Shown here piece by piece: positions 39,575 to 53,032 of a DNA stretch of 64,000 bases. A model generated the notes under the pieces. It worked only from the letters and a program-made list of their open reading frames with translations, did no database searches and was not told where the DNA came from. The stretch comes from Octopus sinensis (Eukaryota). The translations under genes and the position numbers were made by a program. Each line of letters opens with the position of its first letter. Positions within the stretch are counted from its first letter, which is position 1. Location: positions 101,804,001 through 101,868,000 of the forward strand of contig NC_043002.1 of assembly GCF_006345805.1 (NCBI RefSeq), in the 5' to 3' direction.

Positions 39575-40040
39575 GGTGCGGAGTGGTGGTTGTTATTATT
39601 CCATTCGTGTTTGGTATTGAGGCTCAGTCTGTGTGTAGCCTCTGTCTAAGTGTCGTGTCATTTCTGTGTGTCGATAATATCTTAACCTCTGTGCTATTAA
39701 TCGAGCCTCCATGTTCTTCCTGGGCATATTGGGAGAGCACTGACGACCTTTTCCCTTGTGTGACCTCTCGCCAATGTTCACCTATACGCTTTCCTTTGGT
39801 GCATGCAGAGTCTCCAATGTAGGTAGTTGTCGCAAGAAGACACGCACGCACACACACACACGCACACATACACACACACACACACACATGCAAACGCACA
39901 CATACACACTTTTTAAGCTCACGCCAATTGTCACCTATATGCTCTCCTAAGCTGCGTGCAGTCTCTCCACCGTAGGTAGCTGTTACGTTTATCCACCGTC
40001 CCTCAGTATTGAGGGGCGCTGCCACACGGGCGAAGACACG
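39575..40040 (-). pseudogene. Two GIY-YIG endonuclease remnants of a second PLE lineage
   Basis: TYGGETARSLGEHIGDNWREL, then after a (TG)n tract TYIGDSACTKGKRIGEHWREV..SSVLSQYAQEEHGG..VKIL..TLRQ, and LNTKHEW in another frame. These match the PLE YIGET.R....R..EH and C-terminal LN...EW motifs. Confidence 0.75.
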
Positions 40041-40368
40041 CACACACACAAACACACACACATAAACGCTCACACACACTATCAATCACGCACGTGCAGA
40101 CACACACATGAATATATCGCTAGATTCAAAAATGCAAAATTTGAAGAACACGCATGTTTGTAATCAACGAAGTGCCAGCATAGATGAAATATTTGTAGAC
40201 ACATACACACCTGCGCATCCGGGTTCATAGGGAAAGTTATATAGATACATGCATATACATCTGTATTTCTAAATATATATATATATGCACACATGCACAC
40301 ACATATTAACACAATGCACTGCTGTGTGTGTATGCATGTCTATCAATCAATCGATCCATCTATCCATC

Positions 40369-40472
<104 letters not shown>

Positions 40473-41333
40473 CTCTCTCGCCCCTCTCTCTCTCTGTACA
40501 CACAAACACACACACATATATATATATATAATTTATATATCGTATATGTATATTTTTATATATGTACATATTTATGTATATATATATATAAATATATATA
40601 TACACATGAGTGCGTGTGTGTATGTGTGTGTATATTTGTATACATACGTATATATGTATGGGTGTATTTGTGAGTGTGTGTATCTGCGTGTGTTTATGTG
40701 TGTGTATATTTGTATACATACGTATATATGTATGGGTGTGTATGTGAGTGTGTGTGTCTGCGTGTGTGTGTGTGTATGTATGCGTGGTGGTTATATACTT
40801 ATTTGTGTATATAGATATGACTGTGGGAGAAGCAGGGAAAGCCTCTACTCTTTGCGAACACTTCGGTAATGCATGCAATGTGTGTTGCGATGCATTTTTA
40901 TGTGTTAAGAACGAGATTAAAATCGCAGTGAATTTATCGATTGCCAATCTGCGTTTCGTATGTGTAAACCCACGTAGGGTTTGCGGCTCTGGCATCTATA
41001 CGCAACTCCAGATACAAATAAAGATAGCTTAATAATAAAAATAGACGTTTTCATTTGCATGAAGCAATTCAGCTTTGCAAAGTTCACAGTCAAGGTTGAT
41101 GGAATATTGTCAGTTCTTAGCTATCTGTAGATTTAATATTAAAGTGAAAATCCTCTACAATAAAGCATACAATGTATAAGAAGCCATATCGATTTTTTTT
41201 AAAACAAAGCTGATAGAAAACTAAGAACAAACTCACTTTCTCTTCTTCCTTCTTTTGCCACCACCACCACCACTACTCCCACTGCCACCACTAATACTAC
41301 TACTACTGTTACTACTACCACCACTTAATGATA

Positions 41334-41370
<37 letters not shown>

Positions 41371-41399
41371 TAATAATTATAATAATGATAATAATAATA

Positions 41400-41605
41400 A
41401 TTCCTTATTGCCCACAAGGGACTAAACACAGAGGGGACAAACAAGGACAGACAAACGGATTAAGTCGATTACATTGACCCCAGTGCGTAACTAGTACTTA
41501 ATTTATCGATTCCGAAAGGATGTAAGGCAAAATCGACCTCGACGGAATTTGCACTCAGAACGTAACGACAGACGAAATACCGCTAAGCATTTTGTACGGC
41601 CTGCT
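41400..41605 (-). mobile_element. SINE family C copy in (AAT)n
   Basis: CCCACAAGGGACTAAACACAGAGGGGACAAACAAGGACAGAC...CAGAACGTAACGACAGACGAAATACCGCTAAGCATTT. Confidence 0.88.
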
Positions 41606-41629
41606 AATAATAATAATAATAATGTCGAT

Positions 41630-41970
41630 GTTAACATCATTAACTGGAATCCTACGGAATTCCAATACCTGGACAGGAAGACAAGAACAGTACTAACATG
41701 TAAGAACATGAACCACCCAAAAGCAGACGTTGATCGTCTGTACCTACCTAGAAATATTCGTGAAAGAGGAATGATGTAGTTAGAACTGTGCTATAAGACT
41801 TCCATAATAGCAATGAACTTATCTAGTACAGAGGACTGAATGCTACAGCTTATGTGCAAACACGGAAGCAGCAAAAAATCACATTCTATTGTTAAGGGTG
41901 CTTGCAAATTGGCAAGGGTAATCGGCATTGGTCCTGAATTATATGAAGGACCTGAAACCACTGCCACGAG
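41630..41970 (+). pseudogene. R4/Dong-like non-LTR RT C-terminal fragment
   Basis: IINWNPTEFQYLDRKTRTVLT..NHPKADVDRLYLPRNIRERGMM matches the HPxxxxxRLYLPRxxGGRGL motif of REL-endonuclease LINEs. Confidence 0.8.
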
Positions 41971-41974
41971 CACT

Positions 41975-42500
41975 TTAACTGGGCCGACAGTCTAGCCTTT
42001 AGACGCCGCAATCCGATGGCATCGTCCTGTCTCGCCAGGATCCCAACTGCAAACCAGCCGAATTCTTGGCGTTGATTTTAGCCACTACATTCGACTTATA
42101 TTCCTTTAGGATGATGCCGACCGTCTCCACTTCGGTGACATCGTCCGCGTGTGCTGACACTGCCCTTCCTTGTCCCTGTTCGAAAGGGATTCCACTGAGC
42201 TGATCCAACTTCCGCAACAGTAACTCGAATAACAATACGTATAGAAGAGGCGAACATGGGTAGCCCTGACAGATCGAGCGTGCGCTGCCATACTGCTCCG
42301 GTAGGTGGCCGTTTACTTTGACCCCTAATCAGGTGCCGCAGAGCATTGCTGAGATCCAGCCTCTGAAAACGGGTCTGCAATCGCCTGCTTTCATGTCAGA
42401 TTCCAAGTAATGATGGTTGATCCTATTGAATGCTTTTGGTTGATCCAAATTGATCATAGCACCCATGAAGCTAGCTGTGGTTCCAGCCAAATTTTCGCTA
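41975..42500 (-). pseudogene. Tx1/L1-like RT fragment, antisense between R4/Dong pieces
   Basis: INLDQPKAFNRINHHYL (LDxxKAFDRV), QGYPCSPLLY-like region and VSAHADDVT..KINAKNSAGL.LGSW. Confidence 0.8.
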
Positions 42501-42539
42501 ACACCTCTGTCAAGTATGGACTTGACAGAGCAAAAAGTT

Positions 42540-43033
42540 AGTACGACCACAAACCTGAAGGTATCGTCGAAAATAGAAATACAAAGGTCCTATGGGATTT
42601 TATGTTTCAATGCGACCATGAGATAGAGAATAGGAAGCCAGACATAGTCTTAATTGAGAAAGAAAGCAAATGATGCTGGATCATAGATATAGCATGCCCA
42701 GCTGACAACAAGGTATGTGACGAGGAAGAAAGAAAAGTCGAGAGATATGACAGGTTAGCTTGGGAATTTGAGCAGTTGTGATCGATGAAAAAGGTAGCAG
42801 TAGTACTAATAATTGTCGGAGACATGGGAAACAGTGAGCAAAAATCTCGAGAAGCATGTGGAACAAATAGCGGCTGCAATAAGGTTGGAGCACTTGCAGA
42901 TAACAGCACTGTTTGGAACCGCTCGAATACTCTGGAAGGTACTCGAAAAATAAGAGGTGTTACCTTAGTTCGCTGGTAGTGAACAGCTGACACTGTAGTA
43001 CATCTCCAGCATTAGAAGCTGTGCAAAGGCAGC

Positions 43034-43070
<37 letters not shown>
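42540..43070 (+). pseudogene. R4/Dong-like restriction-like endonuclease (REL) domain + 3' UTR + (AAT)n tail
   Basis: YDHKPEGIVEN..KVLWDF..DHEIENRKPDIVLIEK...IIDIACPAD..ERKVERYDRL..VLIIVG..LQITALFGTARIL is a PD-(D/E)xK REL signature. Ends in (AAT)n. Confidence 0.85.
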
Positions 43071-43737
43071 TTCAACATCATTAACTGGTCAATTACCGAA
43101 ATATGTAATCTTGGCAGAAAAATACGATAATTGTTGATAATGCATAGAATACACAGCACTGAGGCAGATGCAGAGCAACTCTGCCTGCTAAGAAAAGAGG
43201 GTTGCCGTGGACTTTTACAACTGAAATTAACAATGAAGGTTCCCACAATTTGCCTTGATACCTACCTGAAATAATTTGCCTTGATACCTACCTGAAATAA
43301 TTTGCCTTGATACCTACCTGAAATAATTTGCCTTGATACCTACCTGAAATAATTTGCCTTGATACCTACCTGAAAAGCTGATGACTGGATGTTAAAACTT
43401 GTCTTAAAGCATAAAAACAAGAAAGAATCATACTCAGTAACAAAACAGTCAAAGAAATATCTAAGTGAATTCCAAATACAACAAATTCTAGAATGAGACA
43501 TAGGGGAAACAAGCATAGTAAAATATAAGCGTATGAAAACCCGTGCAACACCTGCTACTTTAGATATTCTTATTGATAAATGGCAAGAGAAATCTCTGAA
43601 TGGCAAAATGAGAGCTAATAGTGCTTATGTTGACTAAGCACTTACCCATCAATTGTTAGTATCCTCTGGCTTAAAATCAGAAACAGAAGGGTTTATCATA
43701 GCAGCCCAAGATCAACGCCTAACTATAAGTAACTACC
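43071..43737 (+). pseudogene. Second R4/Dong-like RT C-terminal fragment
   Basis: IINWSITEI..RKEGCRGLLQL..DWMLKLV..KWQEKSLNG..LKSETEGFIIAAQDQ.L..SNY. Confidence 0.8.
43247..43375. repeat. 26-bp minisatellite x5
   Basis: AATTTGCCTTGATACCTACCTGAAAT starts at 43247, 43273, 43299, 43325 and 43351. Confidence 0.97.
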
Positions 43738-43738
43738 A

Positions 43739-43890
43739 TTCTTCTTCTTCTTAATCCTTTTTGCCCCTTGTGGAGCATAGGGCCTCAACAGTTGTTTTCC
43801 ACTTTTTGCGGTCATTGGCGTGTTTCTTGGCTGCTTCTTCCCATATCAGGCCGGTGGTCCTGAGCTCGTTCAAAATGCTCCGCTTCAGGG
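43739..43890 (-). mobile_element. 3' end of an RTE-like LINE with (GAA)n tail
   Basis: Minus frame ..LIWEEAAKKHANDRKKWKTTVEALCSTRGKKD* followed by GAAGAAGAA. Confidence 0.65.
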
Positions 43891-44903
43891 ATATACATAC
43901 AGGGATATATTTGATATTTAAAGAGAACTTGATTAAATTTTGAAAATTCCTGTTCTCTATTAAAGCCTTTAAGCAAATTTGAATTGGTATTAACAGAATT
44001 TTATTACTTTGCTAGGCTTTAAGGCGGCGAGAAAATAAAATCGTTATGGTATTTCGCTCGTTGCTACCTTCTAAGTTCAATTTCCGCCGAGGTCGACGTT
44101 GCAGTTCATCATATTGGGATCGATAAAATTAGTACCAATGAAACACCAGGGACGATTTAAGCGACTTGTCCCTTCACACCAAATTTCAAGCCTCTGGGCC
44201 TTTGGTAAATAGAATTATGTTTTACAAGGCTTGGTTCGGCCACTCTGGAAATTCAGCTCAAAAACCTTTCTTTTATTCACTCGCATCAAAAATATTTATA
44301 TTAACTGCATCGATGTTCCAATACTGAAAGATTTCCATTTCACTGAGGTCGACTTTGCTTCTCATCATTTTGGGGACGATAAATTAAGTACCAGTTGCAT
44401 ACTGGCGAAGATCTAATCGACTGGTTCCCTTCCCAAAAATGTTTGGGCCCTGTGCCTAGAGTAGAATAGAATACAGAAATATTTCCTCGATTTTGCGTAG
44501 GAATTTAATTCCTTCCGTCTGGCACCTGATGGAAGTAGGCATATTTGAAAAACACTTGACAGTGACTCATATATCTGTAACGTCTATTGTCTATTGTCGT
44601 TGGTTTTATTGCTTACTGCTATGGGAAGTCGTCATAAAACGGCTTTATGAAAGTAGAACGGCGAAGAAATGCAGCGTTAGGTTATTCCGTGAAATATGTA
44701 GGAGCTGTCTTTTTTTTTTTTTCAACCATCAAATTCTCTTCTCATCGTGAGTGGAACAAAGCCATACGTGTACGTACCAGATTCATGCGTACAAGTTCAT
44801 GCATATGTGTGTGTGTGTGGTGTGTGTGTGTGTATGTGTATATAAACATACTCAGATATACAGCTGTGAATGTAAATGTGTGCACTTGTGTGTGTGTGTG
44901 CGC

Positions 44904-44940
<37 letters not shown>

Positions 44941-45488
44941 TATGTACATTCACTCACAGGCACACATTGGAATATACGGGCACGGTGTCATGCCTGCCCA
45001 TTTGCACATATAGACACAAGCACACACACATGCATAACACATAAATTCATAAATATATATTCACATAAAAACACACATACACACACATGTGTGTGTGTGT
45101 GGTGTGTAAGGAAAGAGATACATACACCACACACACACACATACACAAACATGTATATAAAAACACAGATAGAAATAAATAGGTGCGCATACATATACGC
45201 CTGCTCGCATACATGTATGTATACAAACACACACGTCACATTTAGCCATGTACACATGCGCGCGCAGCTTCAGCATCATACACACATAAACACGTGCATA
45301 CAATTACACATGTTATTTGTATTTCATTCATTGTTCTGTGTGCGGTGGGTAGGGATGAGGTGGAGAGAAGAAAGTTGTATAGAAAGCGAACCAGCAGTTC
45401 TGAAAGAGCACAATCAGTTTGTAAATGTGAGTGAATAACATGCAATGAAAGGAAATGTGTGGTGCAGGAAGAAATCTTAAAGTCTTTG

Positions 45489-45651
45489 CATTATTCTGCA
45501 TTCTGCAATTGTTTTACATTGACTGTGCAGATGCTGGCTGATTGACTATTCCAGAATAAAGCTATCACATTATTCTGCATTACTGCAATTGTTTTACATT
45601 CATTCTGCAGATGGTTGTTGATTGACTATTTCAGAATAAAGCTATCACATC
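45489..45651. repeat. ~80-bp tandem duplication
   Basis: CATTATTCTGCATT(A)CTGCAATTGTTTTACATT...GATTGACTATT.CAGAATAAAGCTATCA occurs twice. Confidence 0.9.
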
Positions 45652-46138
45652 AATACCAATAATGGATACATCTAGAAACCATTAATTCTGCAGCCAATTT
45701 TCGAAGAATTCTGATCTTACTAGCATCAGATAAGATTTAGCCTTGATGTCAGTAGCGTGAGACTGCAGCTCTGCTAGAGAATACAAGCTTGTTGTTCGGA
45801 GATATGAAAAACCTGGTAGGATAGGAAGAAACAGATGGTTTATTGTCTGAATTCACTGAAGCACAAACATATTTAGTTATAAAATCGCGTAGAATTTAAA
45901 TGAAACTTATTGTCGCAAATTTATATTCTGTCTTTACGCGATAGTTATCAAAAGACAGGTGAAGATCAGCGATATCACTAGTAACTACAGCTTTGTCATG
46001 CTTCATTAAATCTCGTAACTCTCCTATTTGAAATAAGGAACGATTCACAATTAACTGAAAGAATATTACGGAGAAAACCGATTTTAGAAACGACTATATA
46101 CTCACATACACATTCACGCACATATATGCTCGTATGGA

Positions 46139-46180
<42 letters not shown>

Positions 46181-46602
46181 GGTATGGGAGTGTCTGTGTT
46201 TGCCTCTGTGTGTGTGTATGAAGGAATATTTGCTATTTCTTGACATATTCACTTGTTAGCATTTAGTTCAAACATATAACTTATTTTGAAAAGTGTTCGT
46301 TCACACGTGAACGTAGCCAATCACGGTTATCCAACGGAGCATAGAAGCGTATCAGTATGCCGCACAATTTACCACTTGATGCGAGTTGATATCAGATGTG
46401 AATCTAAAGCAAAAATTTTTCAGAGCCTAGCCAAATAATAATGTTCTAAATGATTTCAAGAGAAAGCATTCATTCAACAAACTCCCATCTTTAATTTTTT
46501 ATGTTTATATTATTATAACAGTATTATCTCACATTTGCCAAAAATCGAGTGTTAATAGAGAAAGGGAGTCTAAAGCTCCTTAAACAAACCAATAACAAAT
46601 AA

Positions 46603-46636
<34 letters not shown>

Positions 46637-46971
46637 GTAATAATAATAATAATAATAATAGATGGCTGTGATAATAATAATAATAATAGAATAATAACGC
46701 TGGCATTAAAATACATGCAGGGTTTCCACTGCAGGCTGTATGTGCTCTAATATAGCTCTCTGTTAATGGACTAATTAAATTTGCAGGCCTACACTATTAG
46801 ATTTCCCGTCAATTACAAATCCATACCACTTTAATTCGCATCAAATTCCCAAAGGCAGAAGGATCGTTCCATCACCGTCTGTTTAGGCATAAATTTGTAC
46901 TAATGCATTCAAGTGATACAAAAAATTCCGCTTTAAATATCTCTTGTCTTCGTCACTATCGTACATAATAA

Positions 46972-47034
<63 letters not shown>

Positions 47035-47375
47035 CATACATACATGCACACACACACACGCATGTATGCATTTATATATATATATATATATATGCATTAC
47101 ACATATTTGTTTTAGTAGAGAATTGCTCATCATATGAGAAGAGAGAGTGAGAGTGATGAGAGAGAGTGATGAGAGAGAGTGAGAGGAAGGGAGAATGAAA
47201 GAGGGAAGGTTGGAGAGATGTTATTGTGAGGGAGACAGCTGCCGAAAATTGCACCAAATATGTTGACTACAATGTTTTTTAATGCACAAGCCTTCCACTG
47301 TTTGCTTCTCTCTCTCTTTCTCTATTATCATCTGTAAGCGTTTATGAGTTCATGTACATACGTAAATGCATACAC

Positions 47376-47415
<40 letters not shown>

Positions 47416-47608
47416 GCACATATATATATATGCATATATATACTTATAAATATATACATATATGTATATATATATATGCATATATACATACATATATATA
47501 CACATATATATGCATATATACATGCATATATACACATATATATATATGCATATATACATACATATATACATATATATACAGATATATATATATATACATA
47601 TTTATACA

Positions 47609-47645
<37 letters not shown>

Positions 47646-48269
47646 GTGTGCATATATATATATATAAATTTCGTTCGTTTCCTCATTGAATTTTGAAAAC
47701 TTGCTGTTTCAATGTTTATGGTTTTTATTTTGAAGTTCCTTCACCTTTCCCTCTCTCTCCCTTCTTCTCTCTCTCTATCATAAACGATCACTGCCACTCT
47801 CTTTCCTACTTTTCTCTGTACAACACACTGTCTATCATTCCCTCTCTCTCTCTCTCTGTCTCCCTATTTCCTTCCTCTTATGTTTCGAGTGCCCTCAGCC
47901 TGATTCTTTTATTTTCTCGGAATATTTATTCTGCATTTTGAATTATAAAACACAATAGCATTCATTTCTTACGAAGACACAGATCAGGAAATTTGACGAC
48001 AGGAGAACACTCGACAACATCAACTCCATTACTTGGTGTTTAATTATTTTTTTTTTTGGAGTCAGAAAATCTGAAATCCAAAAGCTAACCTTGTTCTGAT
48101 TTGAGCATAGAATGCAAAGAGCTACCCAAATGTCGCAAGGTATTGCTTTCTACGCGCAAGCGATCTGGTCATTCTAAAATATTAATTCCTGAATTGAATG
48201 AAAGCTTGAAACTTATGTTACCAAGCAAGCAAAAGAATAAAACAAATGGCTTTAAATAACAGAGAAAAG

Positions 48270-48956
48270 ATCTCGAGCATCTCTGTCTGGGCAATATATC
48301 TTTCGATACCAAAATGCAGGTTGAAGAAGAAATGATTCATCAGTGGATGAGAATTTGAAGACTGAAAGAAGAGGCTTTCACATTGGCTGCACAATAGCAA
48401 AGTTTATTTACCAGAAATTACTATGTAAATATTGTTTATAAACGGTGCGAACGCAAACTGCAAATATTTCAACATATTTGATGAAACAATAGACCCTATT
48501 GTTTCGGGATGTTTTGTGTTAATACCAAACGAATACAAAAATCGCCTTAAATATATCTGTCAAGAAATATGACCGGTTCAGTAAACGTAACGATCTGGAA
48601 ATTGGATTATAAATGATGTGGTATCTTAAAGTGAAGAGTTTTCCTCTAATTGTAGGTTCTTTTGGTATGATAAAAAAAGGGTTGTCACAAAAATTTTGAT
48701 TACATCGCAGGAAACCCATCTCTCACAGAAATCGAAAAGATTGTTTTGATAATACTGTCCAGATCCTTAGGAAAACCCTCTCTATACAAGTTGAATGCGT
48801 TGTGTTCTGTCGTATCATAGTTACTTCTGTGCTGTTGTCCACACTTTCACTCTCCAGACGTTGAAGTACATCCAAGAGTCTCTTAATCTTCACTCGACCG
48901 AGGTCAGTGTGTGATCCGGAAAGTGTTTGTTTCAAACACACGGATTATAAGCAAGA
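48270..48956 (+). pseudogene. Heavily decayed R4/Dong-like 3' fragment
   Basis: HQWMR..LK.EAF.LAAQ.QSLFTRNY and DLEI...MWYLKV..FPLIVGSFGMIKK..GNPSLTEIEKIVL, followed by an (ACT)n/(AAT)n tail. Confidence 0.65.
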
Positions 48957-49010
<54 letters not shown>

Positions 49011-49052
49011 AACTACTATAGTACTACTATTACTACTACTACTACTATACCA

Positions 49053-49083
<31 letters not shown>

Positions 49084-49086
49084 TAG

Positions 49087-49120
<34 letters not shown>

Positions 49121-49122
49121 GT

Positions 49123-49162
<40 letters not shown>

Positions 49163-49282
49163 GCTGCTGCTACTGTTGCTGCTGCTACTGTTGCTGCTAC
49201 TACTACTGTTACTACAACTACTGGTGCTGCTACTGCTGCTACTTCTACTACTACTACTAATAATAATAATAATAATTATAAC
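48957..49282. repeat. (ACT)n/(GCT)n/(AAT)n triplet array
   Basis: Directly visible. Confidence 0.95.
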
Positions 49283-50819
49283 AATTTTGGTATGGGCATG
49301 CCTAAAATGCTGTACATGCCTAAAATGCTATTAAAGAAACGATGATTTTCTATCCTTGGATTGAGGTCTGTTGCATCAGGTCACGTTATGAAGATCAGGA
49401 GAGACCAAAAGAGTTAATCAAGTGAACTCCATGATACGTGAGAGAAAGTGTCAGTTATAGGAGTGTGAACTGTATTCCACATCCATTCAGCAGCTGTCTC
49501 CAACAGATTCATTAATCAACGTGAACGATGATGTTCTTCGTAAATGAGTACAAACTAATTTGTGTACGAATGTCTTCTGTGCATAAATACAGAGTATTTC
49601 TGTTAATGACTGACTAACATTTCTTTTGCTCTTGGAAAATAGCGGGTCTAATGTAGTTGTTTGGGCCTGGAACTATAACTAAGGACCAGCTCTATCGTTT
49701 GTATGAACCTGCGCTCTGGCAGAGTGATTAGCACATCGGAAAGAAAAGGCTGAGCTGTATTTCTTCCGACTCTTTACGCTGAACGTTGCCGTTCATACAC
49801 TAGGAGACGATAAAACAAAATATCAGTCAAGTACTGGAGTGAGGCGGGGTTTTGTGGGGCAATGTTATCAACTTCTCCCCTATACGCAAATTCCTGGCCT
49901 TGAACGATGCACATTGGTCAACGGCCCGTTTAGCAAGGAATATTCTGATGTCGGTCACCCGTACATCGTGATTATCGATTAGCCGGTCCCTTGGCGCTTT
50001 GTGGTCAAGGTAAAGAAAAAAATACACATTTCAGATTGGAAGAATTCACCGAGAATAAGAATATTTATGAAAAAATATTTCAAGGCATAAATCGTGTCTG
50101 CCATGGTTACCAATTCCCTTGTATAACTCTAAGTAAGCATTGGCCTGTTTAATTGTGAGACTTGAAGCCTAAAATATGATATGGAAACACTGAGGTTTGC
50201 AGACAAGGAAAGTGACCATCTAGCATACAACAGAAAATAATATTGGTAAGCTTAAAAATTTAACCACTGGGGCACTTACCTGGTGGTTTTGGAATATTGT
50301 TAGCAGAATTGTGAAACGACGTAAAACTATCTTAAATTTCACATTTAAATCTATTCTTAGCAGTTGTTATCTAAATTCCAGAGATAAAGCATTTTTCCAT
50401 GGTAGATAATAAGCTTTCTCTCTCTCTCTCTCTTTAGGACTCTCTCTGCCTTTCTCTCCCAATCTCCCCCTCTTTCCTTTTTCACTATCTCCCACTATCT
50501 TTCTTTTTCTCTCTTCCCTCTCTCACACACACAAACCCATAAACGCAATCCCCACACTCTCCAAGCATGTTCGTATCTCGTTCCAACTCAGGCTATTTAG
50601 TTGCTGTCGTCTTGTTATTGATGTCTTTGTTGTTGTTGTTGTTGTGATTGTTATTGTTGTTTTTTGACCGCTTTTGTTTTTATTGTTGTTGTCTCAACCC
50701 TAGTCATCTTTGATTAAACAGACCTATGATCAAAAGCATTGCCGCCGCTATTGTTGCTGTTTTTCATTGCTATTGCTGCTGCCGATTCGATTCTGGTTTC
50801 GCAATTATTATTATTATTA

Positions 50820-50875
<56 letters not shown>

Positions 50876-51394
50876 GTTGTTGTTGTTATCAATGTTGCTG
50901 TTACAGACTTTTTTTCTTCCTCTTTTAGCTGTTGTTTTGTATTTTTGAAAAACTATTGCTTCTATCCTTCTGCTTCTTTGTGTCTCATGGATGTTTGAGT
51001 CCTATAATAACACCGCCATTAAACTTTCATCATTAATACGGAAAATAAAACTCCCCCACTCGCCCCTCCCACCACTACTTCGTGTGTATAATCTACACTG
51101 CAACCACCACCAGGACCATAAAAAATCATCATCAGCGTCTCTAAATGTATACTCTTATAGTATCTCCGATCCAGAAAAAGCCATTTCACACTTCACCTTC
51201 AACAACCACATCCAAAACACACATTGCAAACAGTCTAAATAGCATGAGTATCATCGGTAACAATACTAACACCACCACCACCACTATCACCTCAACAACA
51301 ACAACATCAACAGCAACTTTACTTACAATGTCACCATTATTACTACTAACAGCCGTACCACTAACCTGCACAACAGTATAACCGCTAACCTGTA

Positions 51395-51810
51395 CTCTCT
51401 CTTTTTCTCTTTTACTTGTTTCAGTCATTTGACTGCGGCCATGCTGGAGCACCGCCTTTAATCGAGCAACTCGACCCCGGGCTTATTCTTTGTAAGCCCA
51501 GTACTTATTTTATCGGTCTCTTTTGCCGAACCGCTAAGTAACGGGGACATAAACACACCAGCATCGGTTGTCAAGCAATGCTCGGAGGACAAACACAGAC
51601 ACACAACCACACACATGCACACACATATATATGTATACACATATATACGACGGGCTTCTTTCAGTTTCCGTCTACCAAATCCACTCACAAGGCTTTGGTC
51701 GGCCCGAGGCTATAGTAGAAGACACTTGCCCAAGGTGCCACGCAGTGGGACTGAACCCGGAACCATGTGGTTGGTAAACAAGCTACTTACAACACAGCCA
51801 CTCCTGCGCC
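51395..51810 (-). mobile_element. Full-length tRNA-SINE family A
   Basis: Reverse-complement copy of 19408-19825; its 5'-terminal 20 bp is triplicated to 51850. Confidence 0.92.
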
Positions 51811-52156
51811 TGCAAAGCCACTCCTGCGCCTACACAGCCACTCCTGCGCCTAAGCACAAGTGCCACCTTACGCATTTTATCTACATTCCCTCCTCTATTC
51901 TAATCAGCCTGGCACCGCTGCAGCAACAACCTCTAACATGTTACTATTTTTACAATATAACAACACAAACGAACATTTATACAATCCTTTACGCATACGT
52001 TAGTGTACTTACGTCCAAATACAGCCTCCAAGAAATCAGTTCCTCATTCTCCTACTGAAACCACACTTGGCAAGACAAGCACAGCAACCCGAACGTCCGA
52101 TGTTTACTTCCCAACTTTGCTACGAAATACGGTGGGAATCTTCGAACTTAAATAAT

Positions 52157-52549
52157 CTTTTCTACTATAAGCACAACGCCTGAGGCTTTTGACGAAGTGG
52201 GCCAGTCGTTTAAATCGACCCCAGTACGCAACCGGTAGTTAATTTATCCACCACGAAAGGATGAAAGGCAAAGTCAACTTCGGAGGAATTTGAACTCAGA
52301 ACGTAACGGCAGACAAAATACATATTTCTTTACTACCCACAAGGGGCTACACACAGAGAGGACAAACAAGGACAGGCAAACGGATTAAGTCGATTTTATC
52401 GACCCCAGTGCGTAACTGGTACTTATTTAATCGACCCCGAAAGGATGAAAGGCAAAGTCGACCTCGGCGGAATTTGAACTCAGAACGTAGCGGCAGACGA
52501 AATACCGCAAAGCATTTCGCCCTGCGTCCTAACGATTCTGTTAGGCGGA
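52157..52549 (-). mobile_element. Dimeric/nested SINE family C with TSD-like flanks
   Basis: Two consecutive bodies (GAAAGGATGAAAGGCAAAGTC at ~52255 and ~52439), flanked by TTCGAACTTAA(AA)ATAAT at 52141 and 52550. Confidence 0.8.
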
Positions 52550-52984
52550 TTCGAACTTAAAAATAATGCCAAGAAGGTCGTTAGGGAGAGTCAGTGTGCG
52601 TACCGGAAATACTGTTCTTCGTCAAACACACGCTCCCCACCCCCAACAACAACACATACACACATACATGCAATCTGGTGCGGGATTAAATTTTTCCCAT
52701 ATTTATAATCTTTATGTGTGTGAGAGAGAAAGAGAGAGAGAGAGAGAAGTGGTGATGTTCTTATTGAAATTAAAACTCCAAGGTCACTAGCATGTAATAT
52801 ACGCTTTATTTGAGCAAATTTCTTACAAAGTGTCAAACTACTTTCTTGCAAAATCCATGTGTAGCAGACGACAATCGTCGGAAGAGGGCGGGGAGCAGGA
52901 GGAGGAGGGGGCCGGGGCAATGGTTATTTGGTACTTCTTACATCAAAACAAAACATACAAAACCAGGTAACCAGGATAACAATA

Positions 52985-53032
<48 letters not shown>

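Noticed and set aside
40810-41032. Cys-rich open frame as a host exon
   Set aside because: No recognisable domain or donor site, and the ORF start lies in a microsatellite.
43247-43375. CRISPR-like array
   Set aside because: The repeats are directly adjacent with no spacers, and the context is a eukaryotic LINE.
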